Virus record (IMG/VR): IMGVR_UViG_3300015050_001030
Coordinates: 1 to 52,284 of that record
DNA from: a virus
Taxonomy: Duplodnaviria > Caudoviricetes
DNA length: 52,284 bases
Strand: one strand, 5' to 3'
A program made the translations under genes and the position numbers. Below, one piece after another: positions 25,799-36,600 of this stretch (positions are counted from its first letter, which is position 1; every line of letters begins with the position of its first letter). The notes under the pieces are model-generated. The model saw nothing but the letters and a program-made list of their open reading frames with translations. It did no database searches and was not told where the DNA came from.

Positions 25799-26998
25799 AT
25801 GATGAAGTTAACTCTCACAGATGTGTTGTCACTGACCAACGAAGCTAGTGCTTTGTCGCGTATTAATGACAACAGTGATGCTATCGAACAGGCTGTGGAG
25901 AAGACGTTAAGCAGAGATGGTACGTCTCCAAATACCATGGAAGCTAACTTGGATATGGGTGGTTATCGTATCCTTAATCTTCCTGAGCCGATTGATCCTA
26001 CTGAACTAGTTCGTGTCATCGACGTTCCTGACCTAGTAGAAGCAGCTATTGCTGACATTGCTGAAGGTCCTGTAGGTCCTGAAGGTCCCGTAGGTCCAAC
26101 CGGACCGACTGGCCCTACTGGTCCTAGTAACAACCCACGTGGGGACTACAGTGGTGCTACAGCGTATGCTAAAGGAGACTTAGTAACTAACCAGTCATCT
26201 TCGTGGATTGCCTTACAGGCAACCACAGGTAACGCTCCGCCGACTCTTCCCACTACCTCCAATGCTTACTGGATGCTTAACGCAGCAGTAGGACCGTCGG
26301 GCCCCGGCACCGGAGACGTACTGGGACAGTCCGCCAGCGTCGACAACGAGATCGCTTTGTTCTCGGGTACTGGTGGCAAGACAATCAAGAGATCAACCAC
26401 GACTGGCCTCGTTAAGGCAGCTTCGGGTGTCATCTCAGCAGCAGTAGCAGGAACAGACTACATCGCTCCTGGAACTGGTAATGCTGACGCCAGTGTAAGT
26501 GCTGCTAGTACGACTGTCGCAGGCAAGGTAGAACTTACCATTGCAAGTGAAGTAACCACAGGTAGTAGTTCAAGTCTTGCTGTAACTCCTGACAGCTTCC
26601 GTGGTAGTGACTTCGGTAAAGCTGTTGTCCCAGTACTGGTGTTCGACACTACTCAGAACGTAGTTGTCGGTGATAACGCAGGTAAGATCTTCTACAGGGT
26701 GCCTGCAGTGCTTAACGGATGGGTGCTTGTAGGTGTAGCTGCAGCAGTGTACACAGCAGGCAGTGGTTCAGTAACTACTATCCAAGTACGTAACATGAGA
26801 ACAGGTAACGACATACTTAGTACTCGTATGACGATTGACAGTGCTGAAACAGATACAGCTACGGCTGCTACTCCAGCTGTCATCAACACAAGTAATGACG
26901 ACGTTGCTACTGCAGACAGAATCGTTATCGACGTAGACACAGCTAACACTACTCCAGCCATCGGTCTGCTTGTCGAACTAACCTTCCAGAAGCCATAA
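25799..26998 (+). CDS. Tail fibre 2 (paralog of fibre 1 N-terminal half)
   Basis: Same anchor LSRDGTSPN, (GPx)n repeat and shared SVDNEIALFSGTGGKTIKR block; different C-terminus. Confidence 0.85.
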   Translation: MMKLTLTDVLSLTNEASALSRINDNSDAIEQAVEKTLSRDGTSPNTMEANLDMGGYRILNLPEPIDPTELVRVIDVPDLVEAAIADIAEGPVGPEGPVGPTGPTGPTGPSNNPRGDYSGATAYAKGDLVTNQSSSWIALQATTGNAPPTLPTTSNAYWMLNAAVGPSGPGTGDVLGQSASVDNEIALFSGTGGKTIKRSTTTGLVKAASGVISAAVAGTDYIAPGTGNADASVSAASTTVAGKVELTIASEVTTGSSSSLAVTPDSFRGSDFGKAVVPVLVFDTTQNVVVGDNAGKIFYRVPAVLNGWVLVGVAAAVYTAGSGSVTTIQVRNMRTGNDILSTRMTIDSAETDTATAATPAVINTSNDDVATADRIVIDVDTANTTPAIGLLVELTFQKP

Positions 26999-27001
26999 CA
27001 C

Positions 27002-27715
27002 ATGCTTACATTTCCACTTGTCAGATCTAGTGCTAACACTCTTGTTCAGACGTTAAGTCTGGTCACGTACACTACTGCTACTGGTAACAGTCCTGTGACT
27101 GTTCCTATGACAGTTCAAGCAGGTGATATGTTGCTGTACAGTGAAATTCAGATGAGGTACGCTATTGACGAAACAACGTTTACGTACCCTAGTGGATTTA
27201 CTGAAATAGGTAAAGGTAGTACAGCTTCTTACCCAAGTTATCCTTACCAAGCTAAGTTTGTTGATAGTTACAAGATTGCAACTGGATTAGAAGGTGGTAC
27301 TACGTTAGCAGTACTCGCTTCTACTCTCGGTAACATTAGTCTTATCGCAAGAATCTTGTTTGTTATACGTGGTAACATTCCGTTCAACGGAGTTCCGATT
27401 GCTAGGTTCAACGGTGTGTACAGGTACAACACCAGTGCTACTGATAATTCTACACCGTTTAACGAGAACTTAGATACGACAGTTGCTAGAATAACTCTCG
27501 CTGACTACGGTAGTCTTACAGGTAACACAGGTAGTTCGTACTGCTTCTTAACTGGTGGGTCAGACGCTTTCTACGGTATCACTTCCCGAGTTGCTTGGCG
27601 TCTTAAGTTGTTAGATGCTGGAGAGACAGGAAGTTCAAGCAGCCAAGCTATTAAGGCGTACGATAGTGACGCACGGTTCCAAGCCGGTGGCTCAATCTAC
27701 TTTAACACAGAATAA
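27002..27715 (+). CDS. Putative receptor-binding / tail-tip protein
   Basis: Thr/Ser/Tyr-rich beta protein after fibre 2; motif VQAGDMLL. Confidence 0.6.
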   Translation: MLTFPLVRSSANTLVQTLSLVTYTTATGNSPVTVPMTVQAGDMLLYSEIQMRYAIDETTFTYPSGFTEIGKGSTASYPSYPYQAKFVDSYKIATGLEGGTTLAVLASTLGNISLIARILFVIRGNIPFNGVPIARFNGVYRYNTSATDNSTPFNENLDTTVARITLADYGSLTGNTGSSYCFLTGGSDAFYGITSRVAWRLKLLDAGETGSSSSQAIKAYDSDARFQAGGSIYFNTE

Positions 27716-27726
27716 AAGGAAACACT

Positions 27727-28455
27727 ATGATCCTCGAAGCTAATAAAGACTTGAAGCTTGGTGCAGCCGGACTGGCTCTTATTAAAGAGTTCGAGGGTTA
27801 CCACAAGAAGCTTCCGAACGGAGATTGCGAAGCTTACCTTGACAAGGTACCAGCTAAGCCAATCTGGACTATCGGCTACGGTTGCACTGAAGGTGTGTAC
27901 AAAGGTATGCGTCTTACAGAAGCTCAAGCCAGTAAGTTATTCCAAGGTGAACTAGTTAAGCACGAAGCCTTCGTTAAGGAGATCGTCACAGTTTCTTTGG
28001 ATCAGAATGAGTTCGACGCTCTTGTGTCGTTCTCTTACAACCTCGGTCCTGGTAACCTTCGTAAGCTGGTAGAGAACCGTCTTAACAAAGGTAACCGTAC
28101 AGCAACAGCTAACGCTATTCCTTTGTACAACCAGGCAAAAGGTAAGAGTGCTAAGGTCAACGGTCTTGCTCGTCGCCGTCAGGCAGAGAAGGCTTTGTTC
28201 CTTAAGTGGACGCCTAAGGACGTTGCTGAGACAAAGACTGGTACGTTGGTTACACGTTTCCAGAACTGGTTTGCAAGCCTAGGTATTGGTACGGCACTGT
28301 CGTGGAACTTCCTAACGGACGTACGACAGTTCATGAACGACCACGCTGGTTGGTTGGTACTTGGTGCGGGTGCAGCTTTGTTCCTCACTTACAAGACTAT
28401 CTTGTGGTCGATGAACAATAACCATCCTGAGTTCATTCCTGAAGATAAGGAGTAA
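27727..28455 (+). CDS. Endolysin, GH24 muramidase with C-terminal hydrophobic tail
   Basis: Motifs LIKEFEG…AYLD…WTIGYG, QNEFDALVSFSYNLG and GLARRRQAE; two C-terminal hydrophobic segments. Confidence 0.92.
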   Translation: MILEANKDLKLGAAGLALIKEFEGYHKKLPNGDCEAYLDKVPAKPIWTIGYGCTEGVYKGMRLTEAQASKLFQGELVKHEAFVKEIVTVSLDQNEFDALVSFSYNLGPGNLRKLVENRLNKGNRTATANAIPLYNQAKGKSAKVNGLARRRQAEKALFLKWTPKDVAETKTGTLVTRFQNWFASLGIGTALSWNFLTDVRQFMNDHAGWLVLGAGAALFLTYKTILWSMNNNHPEFIPEDKE

Positions 28456-28460
28456 TCCTT

Positions 28461-28841
28461 ATGAACTGGTTGTGGTCAATTCTCTCAACGACGACATCCA
28501 CCATAGTTGGAATAGGGCTTATAATGGCCCTGTTCTATTTCGGTGGTCCTATCAGTGAAGTACTGAAGAAAGTATCAGTACCGGTAGCTGAATGGTTTGG
28601 TAAGACTGCCCCTGAGATCTTTCAGGGCTTGTGGGATGGAATCAAAGGTCTGTCCGACATAACTCTGAAAACAGCTATCGTCCTAGCCCTCGTAGGTGGT
28701 GGTCTGTACATCGGTGGTAAATCGAAGTGCGACTGTAAGGCGGCGGTGCAAGCTGAAGTAACTAAACTCAGGAAGGATTATCAGTTTGTCACCAGAAAGA
28801 AACCGCAGCAGAGATCGGGAGGATTATTCAATGTCTTCTGA
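28461..28841 (+). CDS. Membrane protein of the lysis cassette (holin or spanin candidate)
   Basis: Two TM segments, directly after the endolysin. Confidence 0.6.
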   Translation: MNWLWSILSTTTSTIVGIGLIMALFYFGGPISEVLKKVSVPVAEWFGKTAPEIFQGLWDGIKGLSDITLKTAIVLALVGGGLYIGGKSKCDCKAAVQAEVTKLRKDYQFVTRKKPQQRSGGLFNVF

Positions 28842-29064
28842 ACTCGAAGAAGTCAGAATCATGATGGCCAGACTCGAAGCTAAGTTCGACATGGCTATGT
28901 TGATTATTGCTGATATGAAAAAGAACAACGAAGACATGGAAGAGCGTCTTAGTACAATTGAAACTAAGATGAACTACGCCGCAGGTATCGCAGGAATCTT
29001 AGCTATAGTTGCGGTCAGTATGTGGAATTGGTTGTGGACTAAAGGAACGGGTGGGGCAGCCTAA
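28831..29064 (+). CDS. Coiled-coil protein with C-terminal TM (holin-like)
   Basis: ATG after GGGAGG; TM segment AAGIAGILAIVAVSMW. Confidence 0.65.
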   Translation: MSSELEEVRIMMARLEAKFDMAMLIIADMKKNNEDMEERLSTIETKMNYAAGIAGILAIVAVSMWNWLWTKGTGGAA

Positions 29065-29889
29065 ATGAAATACACGCTACTTGAAATGGTACAACTCATC
29101 CTATCTGCTATGGACAGTGATGAAGTTAACGACATTGCCGACACTGTAGAAAGCAATCAGGTAGCGACCCTACTCAAGAGTGTGTACTACGACTGTGCCA
29201 CGGATCTTAACCTACACGAACACGAAGATTTAATTCAGCTAGAACCGTCACTGGACAACGCCAAGCCTTGCTTGATGTACGCTCCAAGTACGGTTACACG
29301 TATTGACTGGATCAAATACGACAACGCGAGTATTGACTACCCAGGCACAGGTAACTACCAGTACGTTACGTATCTTCCTTTGTCTCAGTTCCTTGAGTAT
29401 ACTGAGAACCTCAGTAACGCTGATCAGACTAACCAAAGCAGTATGATCGTCAACGACAACGAAGGTAACGACTACACCTTCTACTTCCAGAACGACAGAG
29501 CACCGAGCTATTACACTCACTTTCGTAACAGTGTAATCTTGTTCGACGCTTACAATTCAGACGAAGACACTACTCTCCAGAAGTCCAAGACGTTGTGCTT
29601 CGGAGCTAAGTACCCTGGTTGGACGATGACGAATACGTTCATCCCTGACCTGGATCCTACACAGTTTTCGTACCTTATCAACAGAGCTAAGACACGAGCG
29701 TTTGTTGAACTGAAGCAGCAGGCTAACCCTGACGCCTCAGGTGAAGCAAGACGACAGAAGATTGTGATTCAAAAGCGTAAACGTAAACTCCCGATGGGTA
29801 GCGAGTTTGACAGACTCCCGAAGTTCGGACGAACCGGTCCGTACCTCAACAGCCCATTCTATTCAAAGATATTAAGAGGAAATGATTAA
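29065..29889 (+). CDS. Tail tubular protein A / adaptor
   Basis: MKYTLLEMVQ-x-IL-x-x-M-x-x-DEVN-x-I-x-DT-x-ES N-terminus; synteny. Confidence 0.75.
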   Translation: MKYTLLEMVQLILSAMDSDEVNDIADTVESNQVATLLKSVYYDCATDLNLHEHEDLIQLEPSLDNAKPCLMYAPSTVTRIDWIKYDNASIDYPGTGNYQYVTYLPLSQFLEYTENLSNADQTNQSSMIVNDNEGNDYTFYFQNDRAPSYYTHFRNSVILFDAYNSDEDTTLQKSKTLCFGAKYPGWTMTNTFIPDLDPTQFSYLINRAKTRAFVELKQQANPDASGEARRQKIVIQKRKRKLPMGSEFDRLPKFGRTGPYLNSPFYSKILRGND

Positions 29890-30180
29890 ATGTATGTTAA
29901 TGATGACACCATCGACTTGGACTACGCAGAAGATGGTTATCGTGAACGAGTGTACGAATGTAAGGGCAAGACCTTCAAGCTCCGTTCCAGTGACCCTTAC
30001 GGATTGATCACAATCCACACTTCGAAAGGGAACCCAAGTAAGGAACTGACAGGTAGTTACACTAACTTCGACCTAGCTATTATCGACATTGAAAAGTTTA
30101 TGGGATCGTACGTACCGCCTAGTCCCATTAATCCGAATGCAGAATTTGCAATGAAGCGAGTTCTTACTCCGAAGGAATAA
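29890..30180 (+). CDS. Hypothetical protein
   Basis: 96 aa; motif L-x-G-x-YT-x-x-x-x-A. Confidence 0.75.
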   Translation: MYVNDDTIDLDYAEDGYRERVYECKGKTFKLRSSDPYGLITIHTSKGNPSKELTGSYTNFDLAIIDIEKFMGSYVPPSPINPNAEFAMKRVLTPKE

Positions 30181-30185
30181 CAAAC

Positions 30186-32693
30186 GTGGCAAGACAAGCA
30201 GGCATAGTAGGACAGAACACTTTCCTCAAAGGATTGATTACAGATGTAAGTGCGCTCTCGTTCCCGCCTGATGCCTGCACTGACACGAACAACTGTATCT
30301 TTGATAGGTACGGTAAGTCTCGTCGTCGTCTTGGTCTACAGTTTGAAGACGGTGCCACTCAGGTAAGTGACACCTTCGACGCTACGTATACTTACACAGA
30401 GTATCTCTGGGAAGCTGTATCGGGAAGAGGGAATATCTCTCTTCTCGTTCAGCAGATCGGACATACTCTGCATTTTTTTGATGCTTCAGCAAACGTGGTC
30501 CCAAGTGCCAACAAGAAATCCTTTACTGTCAACCTCACTACGTACAAGGCTGCTGGTGGTGCTAAGGCTCCTGAGGCTTATCCTTGTGTGTACGCTAGCG
30601 GTAACGGTGATCTCATTGTCACTAATCCTGCATGTGATGTCTTACTGATCCAGTACAACGTAAGCACCAACGACATCACCACTACCATCATCAACGTTAA
30701 AGAACGTGACCTGTACGGCCTTGCAGACGGCCTACGAGTCAACGAACGCCCTACTGAAACAGTAGCCACGTTGAAGAGCAACAACCCAAGACACTACTAC
30801 AACATCATCAATCAATCATGGTACATCGCAGATGCTCTCTCCCAATGGGATACTGCAAGGACTGATATGCCTAGCAATGCTGACATGGTTAGTTATTACC
30901 GTTCGGCTAGCACTACGACTCCTGATGCTTTTGACAACGCAAACGTAACAGCGTTTGACCCAGGAAGTACGCCTGCTGCAAAAGGACACTTCATCCTTAG
31001 CATTACCAATCCTAATCGTACGACAGCAGCTTCAGCAGAAGGCTTCACAGGATTCACGTTACCTGTCGGTGATGTCATCATCACTGGTGGTACGCCTAAC
31101 TCCTGGAACATTGCTAACCAAGCAGCGTTGACTAACCCAACCTTGTGGTACAACAACGTTACGACAGCTACGTTTGCCAACAGTACAGGTACGACAGCTA
31201 CGCTAGGTATCAGACTGTGGAGAGACTTCACCAGTGCTCAGCAATGCAGCAAGGTAATTGTTTACGGTTCTAGTGACCAAGGGTTTGTCACTGGTGCTAA
31301 CCCCAGCGTAACGCTAACGCTGTACGGTAAGAACACTGCTGACGTAAGTGCTACGAGTCTTGGAACGTTGACGTTCACTGACACAGCAGATGAAAGTGCT
31401 GGTCGTACAGTCACCAGCAGCGACACTACTACTCGGTGGGATAAGATCTACGTAGAGCTTACGTGTGGTACGACACAGAGTATGCGTATCGCTGAAGCTA
31501 GGTTTTACTACAGTGCAGCAGGGGACGAAGCAGTGTTCGACACTGTTGAGCGTCCGAGTTGCTGTGCGTTCTACACTAGCCGTGCTTTCTACGCAGGCAT
31601 CGACTACGATAGCTTGTCTTCCAACATCTACTTCACACGTATCATCAAACGGTCAGAGGATTATGAAAAAGCATATCAGCAAAACGATCCAACAAGTGAG
31701 CAATCTCCAGACCTCCTACCCGACGACGGAGGCGTTATCCGGATTCCTGAAATGGGTAGATGTGTTGCACTCTTCTCCACGCAGAGTTCACTTATTGTTA
31801 TGGCCACGAACGGGATATGGGTGGTTTCAGGTTCCTCTGGTTCCGCTTTTACTGCGTCGGACTATCGCGTAAAGCGTATCAGTGAGATAGGGATGAACAG
31901 TCCTTTGTCGGTTCTCAACGTAGGTAACATTCCTATGTGGTGGGGATACGACGGGATATACACCGTCCAGTACGACGCTAACTACGAAGCATTCACTCCG
32001 GTTAACGTGACTCTTCCGATCCTTAACGGCTTCTACGAAGACATCAGTGCTCAAAGCAAGATGTACGTTAAGGCTGCGTACGACAGGTTCAGGAACATCG
32101 GGTATTGGTTGTACGGTGACGGTACTCCGTACAGCTACAACAAGGTGCTGGTAATCGACGGTGTGACTAAGGCGTTCTACCCTTGGGAGTACGAAGTAGA
32201 AGCTGTAGTGCCTAAAGACGTAAAAGGAATTGTGTTTTATGCTGACGCTACTAGTACTGGTTCCCCTAGTATTAAGTACACTGTTGCTACCCCTAGTACC
32301 AACGAGATTTCTTACGCGGAAACCAGAGCTTCGTCGTACCTCGACTGGGACGAACTGGATTACTCATCGTACTTCGTTACGGGGTACAGGCTCGACGGCA
32401 AGACGTTACAGTTCTTCCAGAACAACTACGTAATGATCTTCTTTGATCAAGAAGCCAACAGTAGTTGCTACGTTCAAGGTATATACGATTGGAGTACTGA
32501 TCCAAGTAACGGTAAGTGGAGTACAAGTCAACAGGCTTACTCTGTCAACCATCTTGGTAAGTCAGTGTCGTACAGACGGTTGAAGATCAGAGGTAAAGGA
32601 CGATCAGCTCAGCTTCGTTTTTACAGTGAAACCGGTAAGCCCTTTAACATTATTGGTTGGGCAATCAAGGAGTCCATGAATGCCGACGTATAA
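30186..32693 (+). CDS. Tail tubular protein B / nozzle
   Basis: F-x-KGL-x-T N-terminus, RRRLG, beta-propeller-like body and C-terminal KIRGKGR; synteny. Confidence 0.82.
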   Translation: MARQAGIVGQNTFLKGLITDVSALSFPPDACTDTNNCIFDRYGKSRRRLGLQFEDGATQVSDTFDATYTYTEYLWEAVSGRGNISLLVQQIGHTLHFFDASANVVPSANKKSFTVNLTTYKAAGGAKAPEAYPCVYASGNGDLIVTNPACDVLLIQYNVSTNDITTTIINVKERDLYGLADGLRVNERPTETVATLKSNNPRHYYNIINQSWYIADALSQWDTARTDMPSNADMVSYYRSASTTTPDAFDNANVTAFDPGSTPAAKGHFILSITNPNRTTAASAEGFTGFTLPVGDVIITGGTPNSWNIANQAALTNPTLWYNNVTTATFANSTGTTATLGIRLWRDFTSAQQCSKVIVYGSSDQGFVTGANPSVTLTLYGKNTADVSATSLGTLTFTDTADESAGRTVTSSDTTTRWDKIYVELTCGTTQSMRIAEARFYYSAAGDEAVFDTVERPSCCAFYTSRAFYAGIDYDSLSSNIYFTRIIKRSEDYEKAYQQNDPTSEQSPDLLPDDGGVIRIPEMGRCVALFSTQSSLIVMATNGIWVVSGSSGSAFTASDYRVKRISEIGMNSPLSVLNVGNIPMWWGYDGIYTVQYDANYEAFTPVNVTLPILNGFYEDISAQSKMYVKAAYDRFRNIGYWLYGDGTPYSYNKVLVIDGVTKAFYPWEYEVEAVVPKDVKGIVFYADATSTGSPSIKYTVATPSTNEISYAETRASSYLDWDELDYSSYFVTGYRLDGKTLQFFQNNYVMIFFDQEANSSCYVQGIYDWSTDPSNGKWSTSQQAYSVNHLGKSVSYRRLKIRGKGRSAQLRFYSETGKPFNIIGWAIKESMNADV

Positions 32694-33078
32694 CGTACGC
32701 TCCCTTCAAGAAGCAGACTTCATGGACGTGTGGCGCCTAGCCTTTGAGTGGGAACCTAACATCAACCCTAAGAAGTTCGTAGAGACTTGGAACATGCAGC
32801 AGTCTCTTGCGAATTACGTGCTTACAGAAGATGACAAGATCATCGGAGTAGTGTCGTACACTTTGGGAGAGAACCAGTGGACTGGAGCTAAGTACTGCCA
32901 GAAGATACACTGGTACGTAGGGAAAGACAGTCGTGGGGAAGGTATGAGGCTCCTAGAGTTCATGGAGCAGGATGCCAAGAACAACGGCATCAACGAAATA
33001 AGGATTGGTCTTCCGACCGGAATGGACGCACCTAAAGATTACGAAGCAATTGATGTAACGTACAGGAAGATCGTGTAA
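32680..33078 (+). CDS. GNAT-fold acetyltransferase
   Basis: WYV-x-x-x-x-RGEGMRLL-x-x-ME-x-x-AK-x-x-G (acetyl-CoA binding motif A). Confidence 0.75.
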   Translation: MPTYNVRSLQEADFMDVWRLAFEWEPNINPKKFVETWNMQQSLANYVLTEDDKIIGVVSYTLGENQWTGAKYCQKIHWYVGKDSRGEGMRLLEFMEQDAKNNGINEIRIGLPTGMDAPKDYEAIDVTYRKIV

Positions 33079-33617
33079 TGGGAATCGAAGTAGCATTATT
33101 CAGTGCAATAACTGCAGGCATCGGTATGGCTACCAGTGCTGCAGGTGCGGCTAAGCAAGCTAGTATCAGTAAAGACATAGCGAAGAACAGCGCTAAGCAA
33201 GAGCAGGTACGCCAAGCTCAGATGGCACTTGAAAGCCGCAACAAGAAGCGTGAGCTTATCCGAAGTGCACAGATGGCAGCAGCTCAGGCCAACGTCAACG
33301 CTAACAGTGCTGGTGCAGGTAAAGGCAGTGGCCTCAGTGGTGGTCTCAGTGCTATCAACACTAACGCTGGTGTCGGTACTGGTAACATCAACGAAGCGTT
33401 TGCTTACGGTTCCCAGCTCTTCAACTTGAACGCTCAAGAAGCTGGACTCAAATCCCAGTCAGCTACGTGGGGAGCAGTCAACCAGTTCGGCAGTCAGCTA
33501 TTCAGTAGCAGCCAGCAAGTAGGCCAGCTCTTCGGTAGTACACCTGGGCAGGACCCCACAGGTTCCGGTAACGCTTGGGGTGATAACATGACTGTCTTCA
33601 AGCCGATGAACGGGTAA
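33078..33617 (+). CDS. Internal virion / ejection protein (small)
   Basis: Ala/Gly/Gln/Ser-rich with hydrophobic N-terminus; position after the nozzle. Confidence 0.75.
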   Translation: MGIEVALFSAITAGIGMATSAAGAAKQASISKDIAKNSAKQEQVRQAQMALESRNKKRELIRSAQMAAAQANVNANSAGAGKGSGLSGGLSAINTNAGVGTGNINEAFAYGSQLFNLNAQEAGLKSQSATWGAVNQFGSQLFSSSQQVGQLFGSTPGQDPTGSGNAWGDNMTVFKPMNG

Positions 33618-33627
33618 GGATTATCCA

Positions 33628-36600
33628 GTGGCAGAACTCTTTGACGAACCAGAACTTACCAATCTTACGGATGAAGACGAAGATGTCTACAGTGACGTAG
33701 ACACTCCTAGTCCTCAGCAAGCTGCAGGTTACACTGCTAAGGCCATCATTGGCTTTGGCAGTAAGCCTGTAGATCCTGAGGCTATTTATCGTGGGTACGT
33801 ACAGGCTCAAGAAGGTTACGCTCAGCGTGAGAAAGTAGCCAGTGAGTTTGACCTTGAGACATCTCAGCGTAAGCAGGAGATGGTGAATCAGTACGTGTCG
33901 TCCAAGGCTGCCTCAGGTGAGCCTGTGAACCAAGGTGACATTGCGTACATCCAGGAACTCAGCAAGCAAGAGGTATCCAATCCAGATGCTATCTACGAGA
34001 AGATGTACGGAGCCCGGGTCGTCAACCTTAGTCAAGTACTTCCTAGTAATAGCAAGATTGAAGAAGCAATCGAAGAAACCGGAGACGCTGCCGCAGACGA
34101 AATGAATGCTGCTGCACGCCACACAGCTACACGTGAAGCTATCGGTAAGTACGCCGATCAGATTAACAATCGTGTAAGCAAGATTAAAGGCTTAGACAAG
34201 TGGACAAACATTGGAGAGCAGCTCCTTCCGTTCCTGTCGAGTTACCGACAGACGAACTTAATTGGTACCCACGACTGGTCGCTTCTTGGTTCAAACAAGG
34301 AAGAGCAGTACAAGCAGTTGTACCTGCTGGGACCAGACAAGGCGATAAGTGAAATCAAACGTATCGGTGAAGAGCTGTACCAGCAGAACCCTTACGACGC
34401 CCAGGCATTTATTGACGGAGCTTTGAACTACGGTGCATCAGACAAGGCAATTGATCAGGCCCTCAGTATTGGAGACATTGCTTCAGTCGGTGACGTTGCT
34501 GCTATTGCTACAGTGGTGGGTCGCTCAGCTATCCGTCCTTCACTGAAGGCTACGGTCAAAGCCTTAGCTAAACCTAACGTCAAGCCTAGTGAAGTCAAGG
34601 CTGCCGTAGGTGACCTTCCTGGAGCTGCTGCTGACGAGATCATGGCTAAGAGTATCAACCCTGCCACCAGTGGTAAGGTAGATGCCCAGAGCCTTAACGA
34701 CCTGTACATGCAGACACCTATGTACCAGAACCCTGAAGCTGTCACAACCGGTGGCTCCAGTACGCTTAGTGCTGCCCAGATGCAGGCACTCAAGCAGAAC
34801 ATTGAAGCTCAGCAGGCTGCCCTTATCAAGGGCACTATCGTAGACGGTGTTAATATCGAACGTCTTAACGACCCAGCATTGCAGGCTGTGGCCGTGGAAG
34901 ACAATCGTCGTGTCTTCAACAAGCAGTTCTACCACGCCAGTGAATCAGTCATTGACATGGAGTTCGTCCCAGGTGGACAGTCCGTAGCCAACATTGACTA
35001 CGTTAAGTACAGGGTAGGCACCAAGCCCTCTCAGGAGGTCCGTACAGCGGGTTCACGGTCTGCGACCGTCTCATCCCCTAGGCTGGGAAAGAACGGCCAG
35101 AAACGGCTCCTTGAGTCAGCAAACGATGATGGGTTCAAGATCGAAGGGGAGTTGTCTCCCGGTCAGACCGTGTACCTTAAGGACGACGGTCAGTACGTAC
35201 CTCACAAGTATCTAGGCCAGGAAGGTGACGAAGCTCTGTTGGACGTAGGTCTACCGGAGCCTGTACGTGTACCTGTACAAAGCCTTGAAGCTCCGCTGCC
35301 TAAGATGGAAGCACAAGCTAGTCTGAAGACTACTGGTCGTCAGCTTAAACCTACCAAAGTAACCAACGATGCCAAGCCTGTAAAGGATGGCTACGTTCGC
35401 TTCTACCACGGTGCTGACCCAGGTGGTGAACCTATTGGTTCTACTCCTCGCTGGGTTACACCTGATGAGAAGTACGCTAAGGACTTTGGTAAAGGCAACA
35501 AGGAAGTTTGGTACACAGACGTCAAGAAGGGTAGCAAGGAAGAGAAGGCTCTTCGTGCTTGGGATGAAACTGACGAAGTTGGAAAGACCAATGCTGTTGG
35601 TAGATACAAAGCTGGAGAAATCCAGGCTGTCTTCGGTCGCCTTAAGGGTAAACCGAGCAACCAAATCTTACGTGGTGTTAACGACAACTACAGCGTTAAG
35701 GTAGGATCGACAGGTAAGGAACTGTTTGACACAGAGGATGCAGCAGTACGAGCAGCTAAGGAAGACTACGGCTTTGCTGACTACACAGTCAAGCAACAGG
35801 GCAACGGCTACTACATTGAGATCCTTAAGGCAGTAGACGAGACAACCAATCCCCTCAGAGGCCAGTGGGCTATCACTACAAAGAACACTACACCAGACTC
35901 AATTACAGGTTTCGTGGGTAAGTTCTTTCGTAGTGCTAACTACACCATGCCGTCTGAGGTTATGGCCGTACTCAATAACTCTGTCATCCAAGCTAACGCA
36001 CGAATCAAGATGCTTGGAGCGATTGCTGATACTATGCCTAAACTCAGCAAGAACGCTATGAAAGAGATGAACGACTTCCTTAAGTGGGAACGTACCCAGA
36101 CTAACCCAGTTACAAAAGAGACTGGAATGTTCTCACGTTCGGTAGCCGACCTTGAGCAGAACTGGGCTAAGCTTAACGGTGGTAAGTTCCCAACCGAAGC
36201 TCAAATCAACATGTATTTCTCAGCACGGAACTTCTCCGACGCAGAGTACATGGCTCGTAACCTAGCTTGGGCCAGGGATCTTAACAGGCTCGGCCTTGAG
36301 AATCACTCGTTCCAAATCAAAGTCAATAGTGGGGTTGTTGACAGTGGTCAGATCCAAGGTAAGTTCCTTACGGATTGGCCTGAGCGTGATCTGCTGCGTG
36401 ATGCTGGGGTCTACGTAGTTGACGAAGATAAACATTTCTGGTCTAGGTTCGCAGACAAAGCTGAGATTGACAGACTCAAGAAAGAGTACCAACTTATTAA
36501 TATTACAAAGTACGGGGAAGACAATCTCCGCGCTATTCCAGGTATCGAGATACCCAATAAAAAGATCTCCTACATCCTCGTTAAAGATGTGAAGTCTAAC

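Noticed and set aside
35020-35700. Intein in the giant protein
   Set aside because: No N-terminal Cys/Ser block or terminal His-Asn motif.
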